From Parcubacteria group bacterium (GTDB taxonomy: Bacteria; Patescibacteriota; Patescibacteriia; UBA9934; GWF2-40-263), in the NCBI GenBank assembly GCA_013204395.1, contig JABMNZ010000026.1:13421-77420 (forward strand): 64,000 nucleotides of DNA, read 5' to 3'. Below the pieces are notes generated by a model. It did no database searches and was not told where the DNA came from. It saw only the letters and a program-made list of their open reading frames with translations. Positions within the stretch are counted from its first letter, which is position 1. Each line of letters starts with the position of its first letter. The position numbers and the translations under genes were made by a program. This document shows, piece after piece, positions 1 to 8,722 of this stretch.

Positions 1-876
1 AACATTGTTTCTCTGCCTGAGTTTCTTAGAGAGGGAACAGCGTTCGAAGACTTTCATAATCCTGACCGCATTGTGATCGGAGCAGACGATGAGATCGCTG
101 CGCAAACAGTAGCAAGCTTGCATGATGGACTTGAGGCGCCAATCGTTATGACTTCTCTTGAATCAGCTGAGCTCATCAAGTACGCATCAAATGCTTTGCT
201 CGCCACAAAGATTAGTTTCATTAATGAGATAGCAAACCTAGCCGAGCGCGTTGGAGCTGATGTGCGAGATGTGGCTAAGGGAGTTGGTCTGGACAGACGA
301 ATCGGGCCACACTTTTTGAAAGCTGGAGTTGGTTATGGAGGATCTTGTTTCCCGAAAGATGTGAGTGCTCTTGCACAACTTGGAGGTGCCAAGGGGTACT
401 CGTTTAAACTTCTTTCTACTGTGATCGAGGTAAACAATCGACAGCGAGAAATTTTCTTTAAAAAAATTATTGACGAGTTGGGTGGTGTAAAGGGAAGACG
501 CATTGCTGTGTGGGGTCTGGCGTTCAAGCCTGATACGGATGACATTCGCGAAAGCGCAGGAGTAGATATTGCTCAACGTCTGTCTGCCTATGGCGCAGAT
601 CTCGCAGTCTATGACCCACAAGCCATGGACAATACTCGTCATGTCCTCTCAGATCATGTGGACTTCACGGCTACGGCCATGGATGCAGCACGGGGCGCAG
701 AGGCATTGATTGTACTTACGGAGTGGCCAGAGTTTCGCGATGTGTCTTTTGCGACCTTGAGCGAGATCATGGTTGGCCAGCACATCTTTGACGGTCGCAA
801 CCATTTTGCTGATATGGATTTACACAAGAAGGGGTTCAAATATCAGGGGGTCGGGCTCGGAAACTGTGCGAGTTAA
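1..876 (+). CDS. UDP-glucose 6-dehydrogenase family protein, C-terminal part (5' end outside window)
   Basis: Frame open from nt 1; GGSCFPKD active-site Cys motif and C-terminal UDP-sugar-binding domain typical of UDP-glucose/GDP-mannose dehydrogenases. Confidence 0.85.
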   Translation, partial: NIVSLPEFLREGTAFEDFHNPDRIVIGADDEIAAQTVASLHDGLEAPIVMTSLESAELIKYASNALLATKISFINEIANLAERVGADVRDVAKGVGLDRRIGPHFLKAGVGYGGSCFPKDVSALAQLGGAKGYSFKLLSTVIEVNNRQREIFFKKIIDELGGVKGRRIAVWGLAFKPDTDDIRESAGVDIAQRLSAYGADLAVYDPQAMDNTRHVLSDHVDFTATAMDAARGAEALIVLTEWPEFRDVSFATLSEIMVGQHIFDGRNHFADMDLHKKGFKYQGVGLGNCAS

Positions 877-2344
877 AACGATTATAAATTCACCGTCAAA
901 AACACTCGCCAGCGCTCTGGCGGTGTTTTGTTTTGGTATCTTGTTGGGTCCATTCATTCCGCCGGGGTGGTGGGAGGTTCTGCTTATCATCTCAATTGGA
1001 CTAATAGTTTCTAGTTCAGTGGTTCGACACAAGACATTCCGGTTTACTCTGGTGATGCTGGGGATATTCTTATTTGCTCTCTTCCGGTACACGCAAGTCG
1101 TCTTGCCCTCAAACATCCTTACCGTAGCTACTGCCCCTAGTTCCCAGATACGTGTCTCGGGAACAGTCGCTGGAGAAGTCGAGCAGCGTCTTGGTGGGCA
1201 ACGGATTGTGTTGGAGGATGTGGCTTTGGCGGACGAGTCTCGTTCTGGACGCTTGCTTGTGTGGGCACAGCTTTACCCAGAGATTAGTCATGGAGATGAG
1301 GTTGTGTTCACTTGCAAGGTGCAGACACCTGAACCATTTGAGGGATTTGCTTACGATCGCTTTTTAGAAAGTCAGGGGATCTTGGCTGTCTGCTATCGCC
1401 CTGAGTACATAGACGTTCATCCTAGAGAATCCTTTTCTCTCGTCGGATCCATTCTTTCATTCAAGCAGATCTCGATCAATCGTCTTGGACTCATCGTTCC
1501 AGAACCACACGCTTCGTTTTTATCTGGATTGATTTTTGGTGGAAGCTCGTCGCTTTCTTCTGAGATGAAAAATGATTTTTCTTCGACTGGTACATCACAC
1601 ATCCTGGCAGCGTCTGGTTTTAACGTTTCACTTTTCTCTCTCGTTTTTCTCGGTTGGATTCTGTCTACACGACTTGGTCGTCGCAAAGGCCTGATCCTCT
1701 CGACGATCCTGATTGTTGTTTATGTGATCATTGCTGGGGCAACTCCTGCTGTGGTGCGGGCGGGTCTTATGGGTGGGGTGGTCGTGCTCTCCTATGGAGT
1801 TAATCGCAAGAGCTCGCTTTTGAACGTTATGCTTGCCACGGCTGCACTGATGCTTTTGATCAACCCTCTCATCCTTATGGCAGACGTTGGGTTTCAGTTG
1901 TCGTTTGTTGCCACGGCGGCTGTATTGGCTCTGACTAAGCCACTGGAAAAATACCTCCAGTTCATCCCAAAGACTTTTGAGTTAAGAACATCATTCGCCG
2001 CATCGCTCTCAGCGATTATTCTCACACTCCCTATTTTGTTATGGCATTTTGGCCAGCTTTCTCTCATAGCCCCATTGGCAAACCTGCTCGTGCTTCCGTT
2101 GGTAGTCTACGCAATGGCGATAACTATTGTTGCATTGGTTGTCTCTGTGGCATTTGTTCCGCTAGGAACACTCGTTGCCTTTCCCGCATGGGCCTTGTCG
2201 TTTGTAATGCTCTGGCTCATTTCTGTGCTTGGATCGATTCCATTTGCCACGCTCGAACTTGCCCATGCCCGACTTTTGGCTATCACCGTGGCAGCAATCC
2301 TCTTTTTCATCTGGTTTCACTTTCGTTATGCGCGCCGCACCTAA
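866..2344 (+). CDS. comEC: ComEC/Rec2-like competence protein, polytopic membrane N-terminal part
   Basis: Multiple predicted TM helices, DUF4131/competence-domain-like sequence; GTG at 866 overlaps upstream stop; ends in a stop that overlaps next ORF in another frame. Confidence 0.55.
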   Translation: MRVKTIINSPSKTLASALAVFCFGILLGPFIPPGWWEVLLIISIGLIVSSSVVRHKTFRFTLVMLGIFLFALFRYTQVVLPSNILTVATAPSSQIRVSGTVAGEVEQRLGGQRIVLEDVALADESRSGRLLVWAQLYPEISHGDEVVFTCKVQTPEPFEGFAYDRFLESQGILAVCYRPEYIDVHPRESFSLVGSILSFKQISINRLGLIVPEPHASFLSGLIFGGSSSLSSEMKNDFSSTGTSHILAASGFNVSLFSLVFLGWILSTRLGRRKGLILSTILIVVYVIIAGATPAVVRAGLMGGVVVLSYGVNRKSSLLNVMLATAALMLLINPLILMADVGFQLSFVATAAVLALTKPLEKYLQFIPKTFELRTSFAASLSAIILTLPILLWHFGQLSLIAPLANLLVLPLVVYAMAITIVALVVSVAFVPLGTLVAFPAWALSFVMLWLISVLGSIPFATLELAHARLLAITVAAILFFIWFHFRYARRT

Positions 2345-3221
2345 AGCTCACCACCTCACACGAGAGAGGATCTACCAGGTAGGTCTCGTTTTATGTGTCT
2401 GTGGTTTTGCCATGGCGCTTTGGGCACACACAATTTCTTTGGTCATGCCGTGGGAGCAAAGACCATTGCGAGTCTGGATGTTGGATGTGGGTCAAGGTGA
2501 TTCATTGCTCATCGAGATGCCTACGGGCGAGAGAGTACTTATTGATGGTGGACGAGATAAAAGTGTACTTTCAAAAATCGGAACCATTTTGCCACCCTGG
2601 GATCGTCGCATAGATGTGATCATTCCAACGCATCCTGACGCGGACCATATTACTGGACTCATCGAACTCACAGAGCGTTATGAAGTTGGTCTCATGATAG
2701 AGACTGGTGCCATGGCGCACACTCCACAAGGAGAAGCATTTTCACAGATTGTTATTCCACGGAAGAAAGTGAGTGCCGGTGATGTGTTGGTGTACGGAGA
2801 TGTGACACTTGAAGTTCTTTGGCCAGAACAAACTAAGCAAGGGGAGTACCCTCAAGATCGCAACGGTGCATCGCTCGTGTTCCTGCTGACATACGGTCAG
2901 ACCACCATGCTTCTTACGGGTGACGCTGAGGAATCAGCTGAGCATGCTTTTTCGGAGCTCTCTGGTGATGTAGACGTACTCCATGTCGGTCATCATGGAA
3001 GTCTCACTTCTACTACTTGGAAACTTTTGAATCTGACGAGGCCCGAATTTGCTTTGATATCAGTTGGAGAAAATAATACCTATGGTCACCCACATCCCGT
3101 TGTTGTTTCAAGACTTATTCTCTCCGGTTCAAAAATCTTTAGGACAGATTTAGATGGTGACATATTGCTTACCTCTTATGGTGGGGAACCAACCGTTGCA
3201 CCGCATCCCTTGCTGTTCTGA
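2229..3221 (+). CDS. comEC: ComEC C-terminal metallo-beta-lactamase-fold domain (separate frame; frameshifted/split comEC)
   Basis: HPDADHITGL and HVGHHGS metal-binding motifs of ComEC MBL domain; overlaps 866..2344 by ~115 nt in different frame; alternative internal start ATG 2412. Confidence 0.55.
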   Translation: MDRFHLPRSNLPMPDFWLSPWQQSSFSSGFTFVMRAAPKAHHLTRERIYQVGLVLCVCGFAMALWAHTISLVMPWEQRPLRVWMLDVGQGDSLLIEMPTGERVLIDGGRDKSVLSKIGTILPPWDRRIDVIIPTHPDADHITGLIELTERYEVGLMIETGAMAHTPQGEAFSQIVIPRKKVSAGDVLVYGDVTLEVLWPEQTKQGEYPQDRNGASLVFLLTYGQTTMLLTGDAEESAEHAFSELSGDVDVLHVGHHGSLTSTTWKLLNLTRPEFALISVGENNTYGHPHPVVVSRLILSGSKIFRTDLDGDILLTSYGGEPTVAPHPLLF

Positions 3222-3265
3222 TAATTTCGTGGTAGTTTTCGCGCAAAATAACGTAAGAATTTATT

Positions 3266-3727
3266 ATGCCAGACACACAAAAAACACTCGTACTTTTGAA
3301 GCCCGATGCCCTACAGCGCGATTTACTTGGTGAGATAGTGATTCGGTTTGAGCGTAAGGGTCTCAAGATTGTTGGAATGAAACTTATTCGTCTCACTGAC
3401 GATCTTCTGGATGAACATTATGCTCATCATGTAGATAAGCCATTTTTTGCATCACTTAAAAAGTTCATGATGCAGACGCCTGTGGTTGGAATAGTTCTTG
3501 AGGGAATTAACGCTATCGATGAAGTGCGAAAAATTGTTGGGTCCACAAATCCACAGGAGGCTGATGCAGGAACTATCCGCGCAGACTTCTCGATGCATGT
3601 AGGATCAAATCTGATCCACGCATCTGACACAGTTGAAAACGCGCAGGCTGAATTGAAACGTTTCTTTAGTGATGATGAGATTTTCCAGTACGACAAGATC
3701 ACAGACAGTTACGTTTTTGGAGATTAG
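3266..3727 (+). CDS. ndk: nucleoside diphosphate kinase
   Basis: LVLLKPDALQRDLLGEIVIRFERKGLKIVGMK N-terminus and NDK active-site region (H in GSNLIHASD). Confidence 0.9.
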   Translation: MPDTQKTLVLLKPDALQRDLLGEIVIRFERKGLKIVGMKLIRLTDDLLDEHYAHHVDKPFFASLKKFMMQTPVVGIVLEGINAIDEVRKIVGSTNPQEADAGTIRADFSMHVGSNLIHASDTVENAQAELKRFFSDDEIFQYDKITDSYVFGD

Positions 3728-3741
3728 TTTTAGTTAGTTAA

Positions 3742-3788
3742 AAAGCAGGGTTTCAATAGAGATAAGCTCTAGGGCCCTGCTTTTTTGA
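3742..3788 (+). terminator. rho-independent terminator after ndk
   Basis: agcaggg…ccctgct stem followed by TTTTTTG. Confidence 0.6.
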
Positions 3789-3867
3789 TTGACTGAGCGA
3801 GAAGTCTTTGGTAGCTTAAATTTTGTGCATTTCACGCACTCAATTCTTACAAAGGGATTATTTCGCC

Positions 3868-4059
3868 ATGGGGAAGTTGTTGAAAGAGTTGGAGGAGCTC
3901 TGGCTGAAGGTGACCGAGAAGAGTTCTCGAATCGTTGATGCGTTCATGTCGAGCTTGCTCACGCTCGAGCAGGTTCGCTACGCATCTGCCACTTCCATGG
4001 GGACGCGTGCCTTGCGTCACTTCTGCAACATCGACGATCCACGATTGGCTCAGGCCTAG
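3868..4059 (+). CDS. small hypothetical protein (63 aa) in high-GC non-coding-like region
   Basis: ORF only; no RBS; may be remnant. Confidence 0.2.
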   Translation: MGKLLKELEELWLKVTEKSSRIVDAFMSSLLTLEQVRYASATSMGTRALRHFCNIDDPRLAQA

Positions 4060-4273
4060 CGTAGCAATCGTCGTCTAGCACGTAGAGACTGTGCTCGCGA
4101 GCGTGCACAACTCCTCTTAAATCGAATCCACTTGCCGAAGGTTCGGTTCCAGAGATTCCTCGGTTCGAGCACTGTTGGTTCATTCAGGCCTACCGTTCAC
4201 ATCTCTACGGCTGGTCACGGGGTTGATGGTCGGCCTCTTGTCTGTCTCAACGTCTCGCTCTGACACACGCACT

Positions 4274-4300
4274 GGATCCAAAGTGGGTCCTTTTTTATTA
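4274..4300 (+). terminator. degenerate copy of the family-specific terminator (ggatccaaagtgggtcc + T7 + ATTA)
   Basis: Same architecture and flanks as terminators at 8616 and 10271 (GGTCCAnACGyTGGACC TCTTTTTTATT). Confidence 0.5.
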
Positions 4301-4590
4301 TCCACAAGCTATTTGACAGAGGGTTCATCACACAGTAGCCTAATTGAAGTTATGAATCAGACAAGTTACATGATGCCCCACATCCTCTCAGCCGAGAATA
4401 TTCTCGACATTATTGTCGTTATTCTTCTAGGCTTTGCGGTGGCATAGTATTCTCTTGTAAATAAGAATCACTATCAATCACCGCTTAATAGCGGTGATTT
4501 CTTTTTACAAACAATGGTTCTTTCGCGACAAAACATTCTTCTGGGATGTTCTGTGGCGTAAGAAACGCCTGATTATCCTAGGAGGTGTGC

Positions 4591-5574
4591 ATGCAAGCAC
4601 TCGGCACGGTTGCCCAACTCATCAATCCCGAGTTCGTGGCCACAGAAGGTCTGTATGAGTTTCGGGAAGCTACGGCAGAAGACATTCCAGCGATTCGAGA
4701 GTTGCTGTTTGATTGGTACGGCCCCTCGTACCCTTACCCGGTCAGTGCCCTCGATCCCAAGGGGTACTACCCGGCGGCGATCGATCGGAGTACGGGCATG
4801 CTTGTCGGTTTTGCCAAAGCGGTTCCGTACAAGGGGTTTCCTTCTGTGTACGAGTTCGGTGGGCTGATCGTTGCCAAGTCTCACCGGGAGAAGAAGATCG
4901 CCAAGCATCTTACGCGGATGCGTGTCGATTGGGTTCTGTCGCTGGGTGGAGCCGCTGTGGTAAGCGAGCCCGTGTGCTATCTGAGTGGTTGTCCGAGCCA
5001 GGAGAATCTCATCAAGGCAGGTTTTCACCTGGTGGCTCTGCAGGTTGGGAAGTATCCCGACATCATGCACGACACACTTGGCTTGCAGCCCGAGAGTGTA
5101 CTCATGGCCGTTCGCTGGCTTCGTGGCAATTCCCGGCTGGGACATCGCAAGGTGTTCTTGCCTAGTTACTACCGCGGTGTGTTGCACACGTTCTTGCCCC
5201 GTTACCTGCACCAGCGGCCGTGGGACGAAACGTTTGAAGATGTGCCGATGCCCCCCGCCGTTCTCCACAAGGGGTTCACCACAGCAGGTGGAACAGGGGC
5301 AGAGTTCGCTGATGTTCCTGTGAATTGGCCCGAAGCTGAGGGGATCATTCACAGTCTTCGTCTGCAGGGATTCAGGATGTGCGGCATCCTTCCAGGCTTC
5401 GGCCGCCTGTCAGACGATCGACCTTACGACTACCTGCGCATGTACCGGTTGCCAGCAAGCTTCATCATCGGGTCAGAGTCTTTCGACTTTGACAAGGTGA
5501 ATGTTGTGCCGCAGCTGGCCGCACTCAAGCACTTTGCGAGCATGGAACTCCATGGGGACATTCCCATCGAGTAG
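4591..5574 (+). CDS. GNAT-fold acyltransferase-like protein, two-domain (~327 aa)
   Basis: GGAGGTG RBS 5 nt upstream; N-terminal GNAT-like core (EFGGLIVAKSHREKKIAKHL); high GC; tandem paralogue of next gene. Confidence 0.6.
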   Translation: MQALGTVAQLINPEFVATEGLYEFREATAEDIPAIRELLFDWYGPSYPYPVSALDPKGYYPAAIDRSTGMLVGFAKAVPYKGFPSVYEFGGLIVAKSHREKKIAKHLTRMRVDWVLSLGGAAVVSEPVCYLSGCPSQENLIKAGFHLVALQVGKYPDIMHDTLGLQPESVLMAVRWLRGNSRLGHRKVFLPSYYRGVLHTFLPRYLHQRPWDETFEDVPMPPAVLHKGFTTAGGTGAEFADVPVNWPEAEGIIHSLRLQGFRMCGILPGFGRLSDDRPYDYLRMYRLPASFIIGSESFDFDKVNVVPQLAALKHFASMELHGDIPIE

Positions 5575-5604
5575 AAACACAGACACACAGAAGACTTGGA
5601 GGGC

Positions 5605-6540
5605 ATGATGCAAGCAGAAATTGATCCAGAAGATCGTTCGAAGACCAGTGATGAACTTTATCTTCGTCCAGGGAGATCTGAAGATATTTCGGCGCTCGAG
5701 CAAATCTACCGTGAAATTTACGGAGAGATGTATCCCTACTTGCCGACCTTGGAGACCGTTTGTCCAAGCAAGGGTCACTTTCTCGTCGCTTTGATTGGGA
5801 AGGAAATCGTAGGCTGCGCTGCGGCCTACGAACAGACAAATCCTTTCCTCGTGGAGTGGGGGAGGCTCGTTGTCAGTGAGCGATTTCGTGGCAGGGGGAT
5901 CGCGAAGAAGTTTGGTCACGTACGTCGCCGCTTGCTCGCACAGGGCTCCATGAACATGGCACATTCTGAGTGCGTGTGTTACGGGAAGGCAAGCCAGCGG
6001 CTGTTGAGTGGTGTTGGCTTCACACACTGGGGCATCGAACCCCTCAAGCACCCAGGGCTCAAGCCAGATGTTTTGGGCACGCAGCCTGAGACAGTGGCAA
6101 TGAGTTTGCTCTGGGACGATGGGAAATTCGGTGGGCTGGGTACACGCTCCGTCTTCGTGCCAGAGGATTGGGTTGATGGCCTGCAACTCTTGGCTCCCAC
6201 AGATATTTTTGAACAAGCACGGCAGGTACGTGCAGGTTTCTGTGTTTCCTCATCGCAAGCACAGTACTATCACCCGCGCACCGATACGTCGACAGGAATC
6301 GAAGGTTCAACTCTGGTTGATGTCGATGTGAATCATGTCAGTGCCCTGAGTGTGATCGCTCAGCTGCGCGCGGAAGATTTCCGTCTGTGCGCGTTCATGC
6401 CTGGGGTGGTTGACCGTGAAGGTGGTATCGCCTCTGATCGTGTTCGGCTCTATCGATCTTCACCCGGTACTTACATCGACTGGAGCCTTATCCAGCTCGA
6501 ACCACAAGTCCACTCCTTCTGTGAGTGGATGCGTGCGTAA
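5605..6540 (+). CDS. GNAT-fold acyltransferase-like protein, paralogue of 4591..5574
   Basis: GGAGGG RBS; GNAT motif A RGRGIAKKFG; same length and shared motifs (PE[ST]V.M, RLYR, DW) with upstream gene. Confidence 0.6.
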   Translation: MMQAEIDPEDRSKTSDELYLRPGRSEDISALEQIYREIYGEMYPYLPTLETVCPSKGHFLVALIGKEIVGCAAAYEQTNPFLVEWGRLVVSERFRGRGIAKKFGHVRRRLLAQGSMNMAHSECVCYGKASQRLLSGVGFTHWGIEPLKHPGLKPDVLGTQPETVAMSLLWDDGKFGGLGTRSVFVPEDWVDGLQLLAPTDIFEQARQVRAGFCVSSSQAQYYHPRTDTSTGIEGSTLVDVDVNHVSALSVIAQLRAEDFRLCAFMPGVVDREGGIASDRVRLYRSSPGTYIDWSLIQLEPQVHSFCEWMRA

Positions 6541-6548
6541 CAAACGCA

Positions 6549-6578
6549 AAAGACCTCGACGCATGAGGTCTTTTTTAC
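6549..6578 (+). terminator. rho-independent terminator
   Basis: agacctc-gacgcat-gaggtct hairpin + TTTTTT. Confidence 0.7.
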
Positions 6579-6949
6579 TTGTGGAAATTTTGTGGATGAA
6601 CAGTGGACGTTTATCACTTGATTCACTTGCGTGGTTCTGGCAGCATGATAAAGTTTACTTGCCTTACGGTTCGGATGGGTGTGTCCGAAAAACAAATTGT
6701 AACAACTGGCCTGGGAATGCGGAGCTTCGGCACGGCAAAAGGGCCACACGGTTCTCAACTATCACAGCGTGGACGACATGGCGGATTAGACAAACTGCCA
6801 TCATCGCCACTAGTGATAGAGACAAAACCTGAAAGACTGGACTGGGTACTAGTCAGAACCGAACTGTGAACCAAAACTACAACAGGACCACCCATTCACC
6901 CGTTAGGCGCCAAAAAAATATAACCACCCCCCGCGGCGCGGGGGGTGGT

Positions 6950-6978
6950 TTGACGTTTAGGGGGTTTTCTTCTATTCT
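6950..6978 (+). promoter_or_regulatory. sigma70-like promoter TTGACG-N17-TATTCT preceded by GC hairpin 6924..6948
   Basis: Consensus-like -35/-10 with 17-nt spacer ~40 nt upstream of ATG 7019. Confidence 0.5.
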
Positions 6979-7018
6979 CTGCCCTTGCTCTTCTCAATTG
7001 AACACGAAAGGAAGTGTT

Positions 7019-8599
7019 ATGGAAACAAAGTTGTTCCGAGCCATTCACCTGCTGGCTGTGATCAGTGTGGCTCAATATGCGGTCGTACGTGCTTACACGT
7101 GGGGGTACCTCGGTAGCACCCCGGAGATGTTGGATTTCATGATGTGGCTATGTATTGCATACATAGGCGTATTTGAGCCACTAGCCGGTGTATTGGATAG
7201 ACGTCATGAACGGATCCTGAACTCCTTGGAATACCAAGTTGGCCACTTTGCGGCGCGGATCCAGTTCAAGACGGCTGACATGGAAGACTGTTTCGTGGCC
7301 ATGATCACTCGCCAGGCAACCAAGCACGGAATCCATTCCAGTGGTGGGTGGGCCGCAACGATTGCAGAAATCGTTTCTCGTCACATCTCCCGATGGGGGC
7401 AAGTTGATGACATGGGAGGACTACATCTCCATACGCAGTTGGAGAGAAGTGGCATCCAATTTGACTTGGATGAGATAGATCGATTCGACACCACCCTCTT
7501 CCAGATAGTGGAACGTCACGCGTCCCCATTACCTTTGGGTGTGGATCCGCTGGGTCACCAATATCTACTTGCTCGCGCCTACCTAGCAGGTGCTCTCAAA
7601 GGACTTGCTGGGTTGACCAAAGAGCTCGGTGGAGACGAGTCGATTACTCGAAACGTGCGGCCTGAGGATTTCGCCCTAGCGATTGATCTCTACTGCATGG
7701 ATCCCAGAGTGACTGACATGACGATGCTGTGGACGATGGAAGGTGATGGGGAAGTCCCGGTTGGTGCCTATGACCTCTTCTGGGTCCTGGCACATTGTCT
7801 TTACATCGGCATCGATCCTAAGTCTCTCAGACGCTACCTCGGTTACCACGGCAGTTACAGCTTCCTGGCTTTGGAAGAGCTGCTTCTGCTCAAGGCCATG
7901 AACACGCGCGTCCTTCAAGAGCTCACGGACAGGCCGAACTCCTTGGACGGGGTCCCATACGAGGAGATCAACGCCCTCGTTTGCCGATGGGAAAGTTGTG
8001 GATATCCAGAGAGCTTGGCGGTGTTCCGACAGTTCCCGGACGATGCAGCGTACTACGCCCACGTCCAAGCGCAGGAGCACGGGCGGGAACAGTTGGCTCG
8101 TCAAGAAGTTGAGCGTCGGGCACAAGAGGCTCATGAACTCGCGGCTCGAAAGGCAGAAAGCGCGCCCAAGGGTCGCAAGCGTGGTCAGGGAAACGCTCCG
8201 GTTTCTGAGCCAGTGGATCTTGATCTTCAGGCTCTGTGCGATGCGCTTGTCGTTTCCACTTCGTTCGAACATCTCGATGGAACGATCGTTTCTGTGATCA
8301 TGGTGATGGGTCTGATGGCGACCGGGGATCGTCTGCCCGCTTGGCAGGATCGACCTTCCCGTACTCGCGGAAAGATCTGGGGCCAGATCCGCTCGGTGGT
8401 TTCTGGATACGATCAGCCTCGGCGGATGGTAGATGACACGGTCACTGCTCTCGTCCGAGAGAGGGTGATTGATTACACGGGTGGCAACTACCGTCTGCGC
8501 GAGCCAAACGACGCCTTGCGAACAAGGAGTCCCGACTCACACGCACTACTCATCAGTGCCAAGGGGCTCATCAGTCGAGCCAAGGCACTAGCAAGCTGA
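7019..8599 (+). CDS. hypothetical protein, member 1 of a 3-copy paralogous family with conserved C-terminal ~130-aa domain
   Basis: AAGGAAG RBS before ATG 7019; C-terminal block D..ALC..L.V…F..LDG……GL…G.RL……P.R…K.WGQ……GGNY.L..PN aligns with 8723..10252 and 27300..28874. Confidence 0.55.
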   Translation: METKLFRAIHLLAVISVAQYAVVRAYTWGYLGSTPEMLDFMMWLCIAYIGVFEPLAGVLDRRHERILNSLEYQVGHFAARIQFKTADMEDCFVAMITRQATKHGIHSSGGWAATIAEIVSRHISRWGQVDDMGGLHLHTQLERSGIQFDLDEIDRFDTTLFQIVERHASPLPLGVDPLGHQYLLARAYLAGALKGLAGLTKELGGDESITRNVRPEDFALAIDLYCMDPRVTDMTMLWTMEGDGEVPVGAYDLFWVLAHCLYIGIDPKSLRRYLGYHGSYSFLALEELLLLKAMNTRVLQELTDRPNSLDGVPYEEINALVCRWESCGYPESLAVFRQFPDDAAYYAHVQAQEHGREQLARQEVERRAQEAHELAARKAESAPKGRKRGQGNAPVSEPVDLDLQALCDALVVSTSFEHLDGTIVSVIMVMGLMATGDRLPAWQDRPSRTRGKIWGQIRSVVSGYDQPRRMVDDTVTALVRERVIDYTGGNYRLREPNDALRTRSPDSHALLISAKGLISRAKALAS

Positions 8600-8615
8600 C
8601 CGACATGCTCGGTCT

Positions 8616-8645
8616 GAGGTCCATACGTTGGACCTCTTTTTTATT
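8616..8645 (+). terminator. rho-independent terminator (gaggtccatacgttggacctc + T-run)
   Basis: Perfect hairpin and TTTTTTATT; near-identical to 10271..10300. Confidence 0.8.
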
Positions 8646-8654
8646 GTCATTCTC

Positions 8655-8683
8655 TTGACAAAGAGGCCTTTTCCCCTTAATCT
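8655..8683 (+). promoter_or_regulatory. sigma70-like promoter TTGACA-N17-TAATCT
   Basis: Consensus -35, 17-nt spacer, ~40 nt upstream of ATG 8723. Confidence 0.5.
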
Positions 8684-8722
8684 CCCTCCTTCGCCTAGGA
8701 AGGCGATGAGAAAGGTTTCTTC

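Noticed and set aside
4060-4330. Possible tmRNA or RNase P RNA in the non-coding high-GC stretch containing ggttcggttcc / ggttcgagc
   Set aside because: No tRNA-like acceptor/T-arm pairing with a GGGG 5' end, no CCA-proximal structure, and none of the conserved RNase P P4 sequences. The stretch is better explained as a decayed gene remnant.
4573-5352. 259-aa minus-strand ORF
   Set aside because: Antisense to the GNAT-like gene 4591..5574, which has an RBS and GNAT motifs; no signals of its own.
6866-7018. N-terminal extension of the 577-aa ORF, with ATG at 6866
   Set aside because: The extension would read through a strong G/C hairpin and a consensus promoter. A good RBS (AAGGAAG) precedes ATG 7019, and the extension is low-complexity.
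7676-8272. 198-aa minus-strand ORF
   Set aside because: Antisense to family member 1; typical high-GC shadow ORF.
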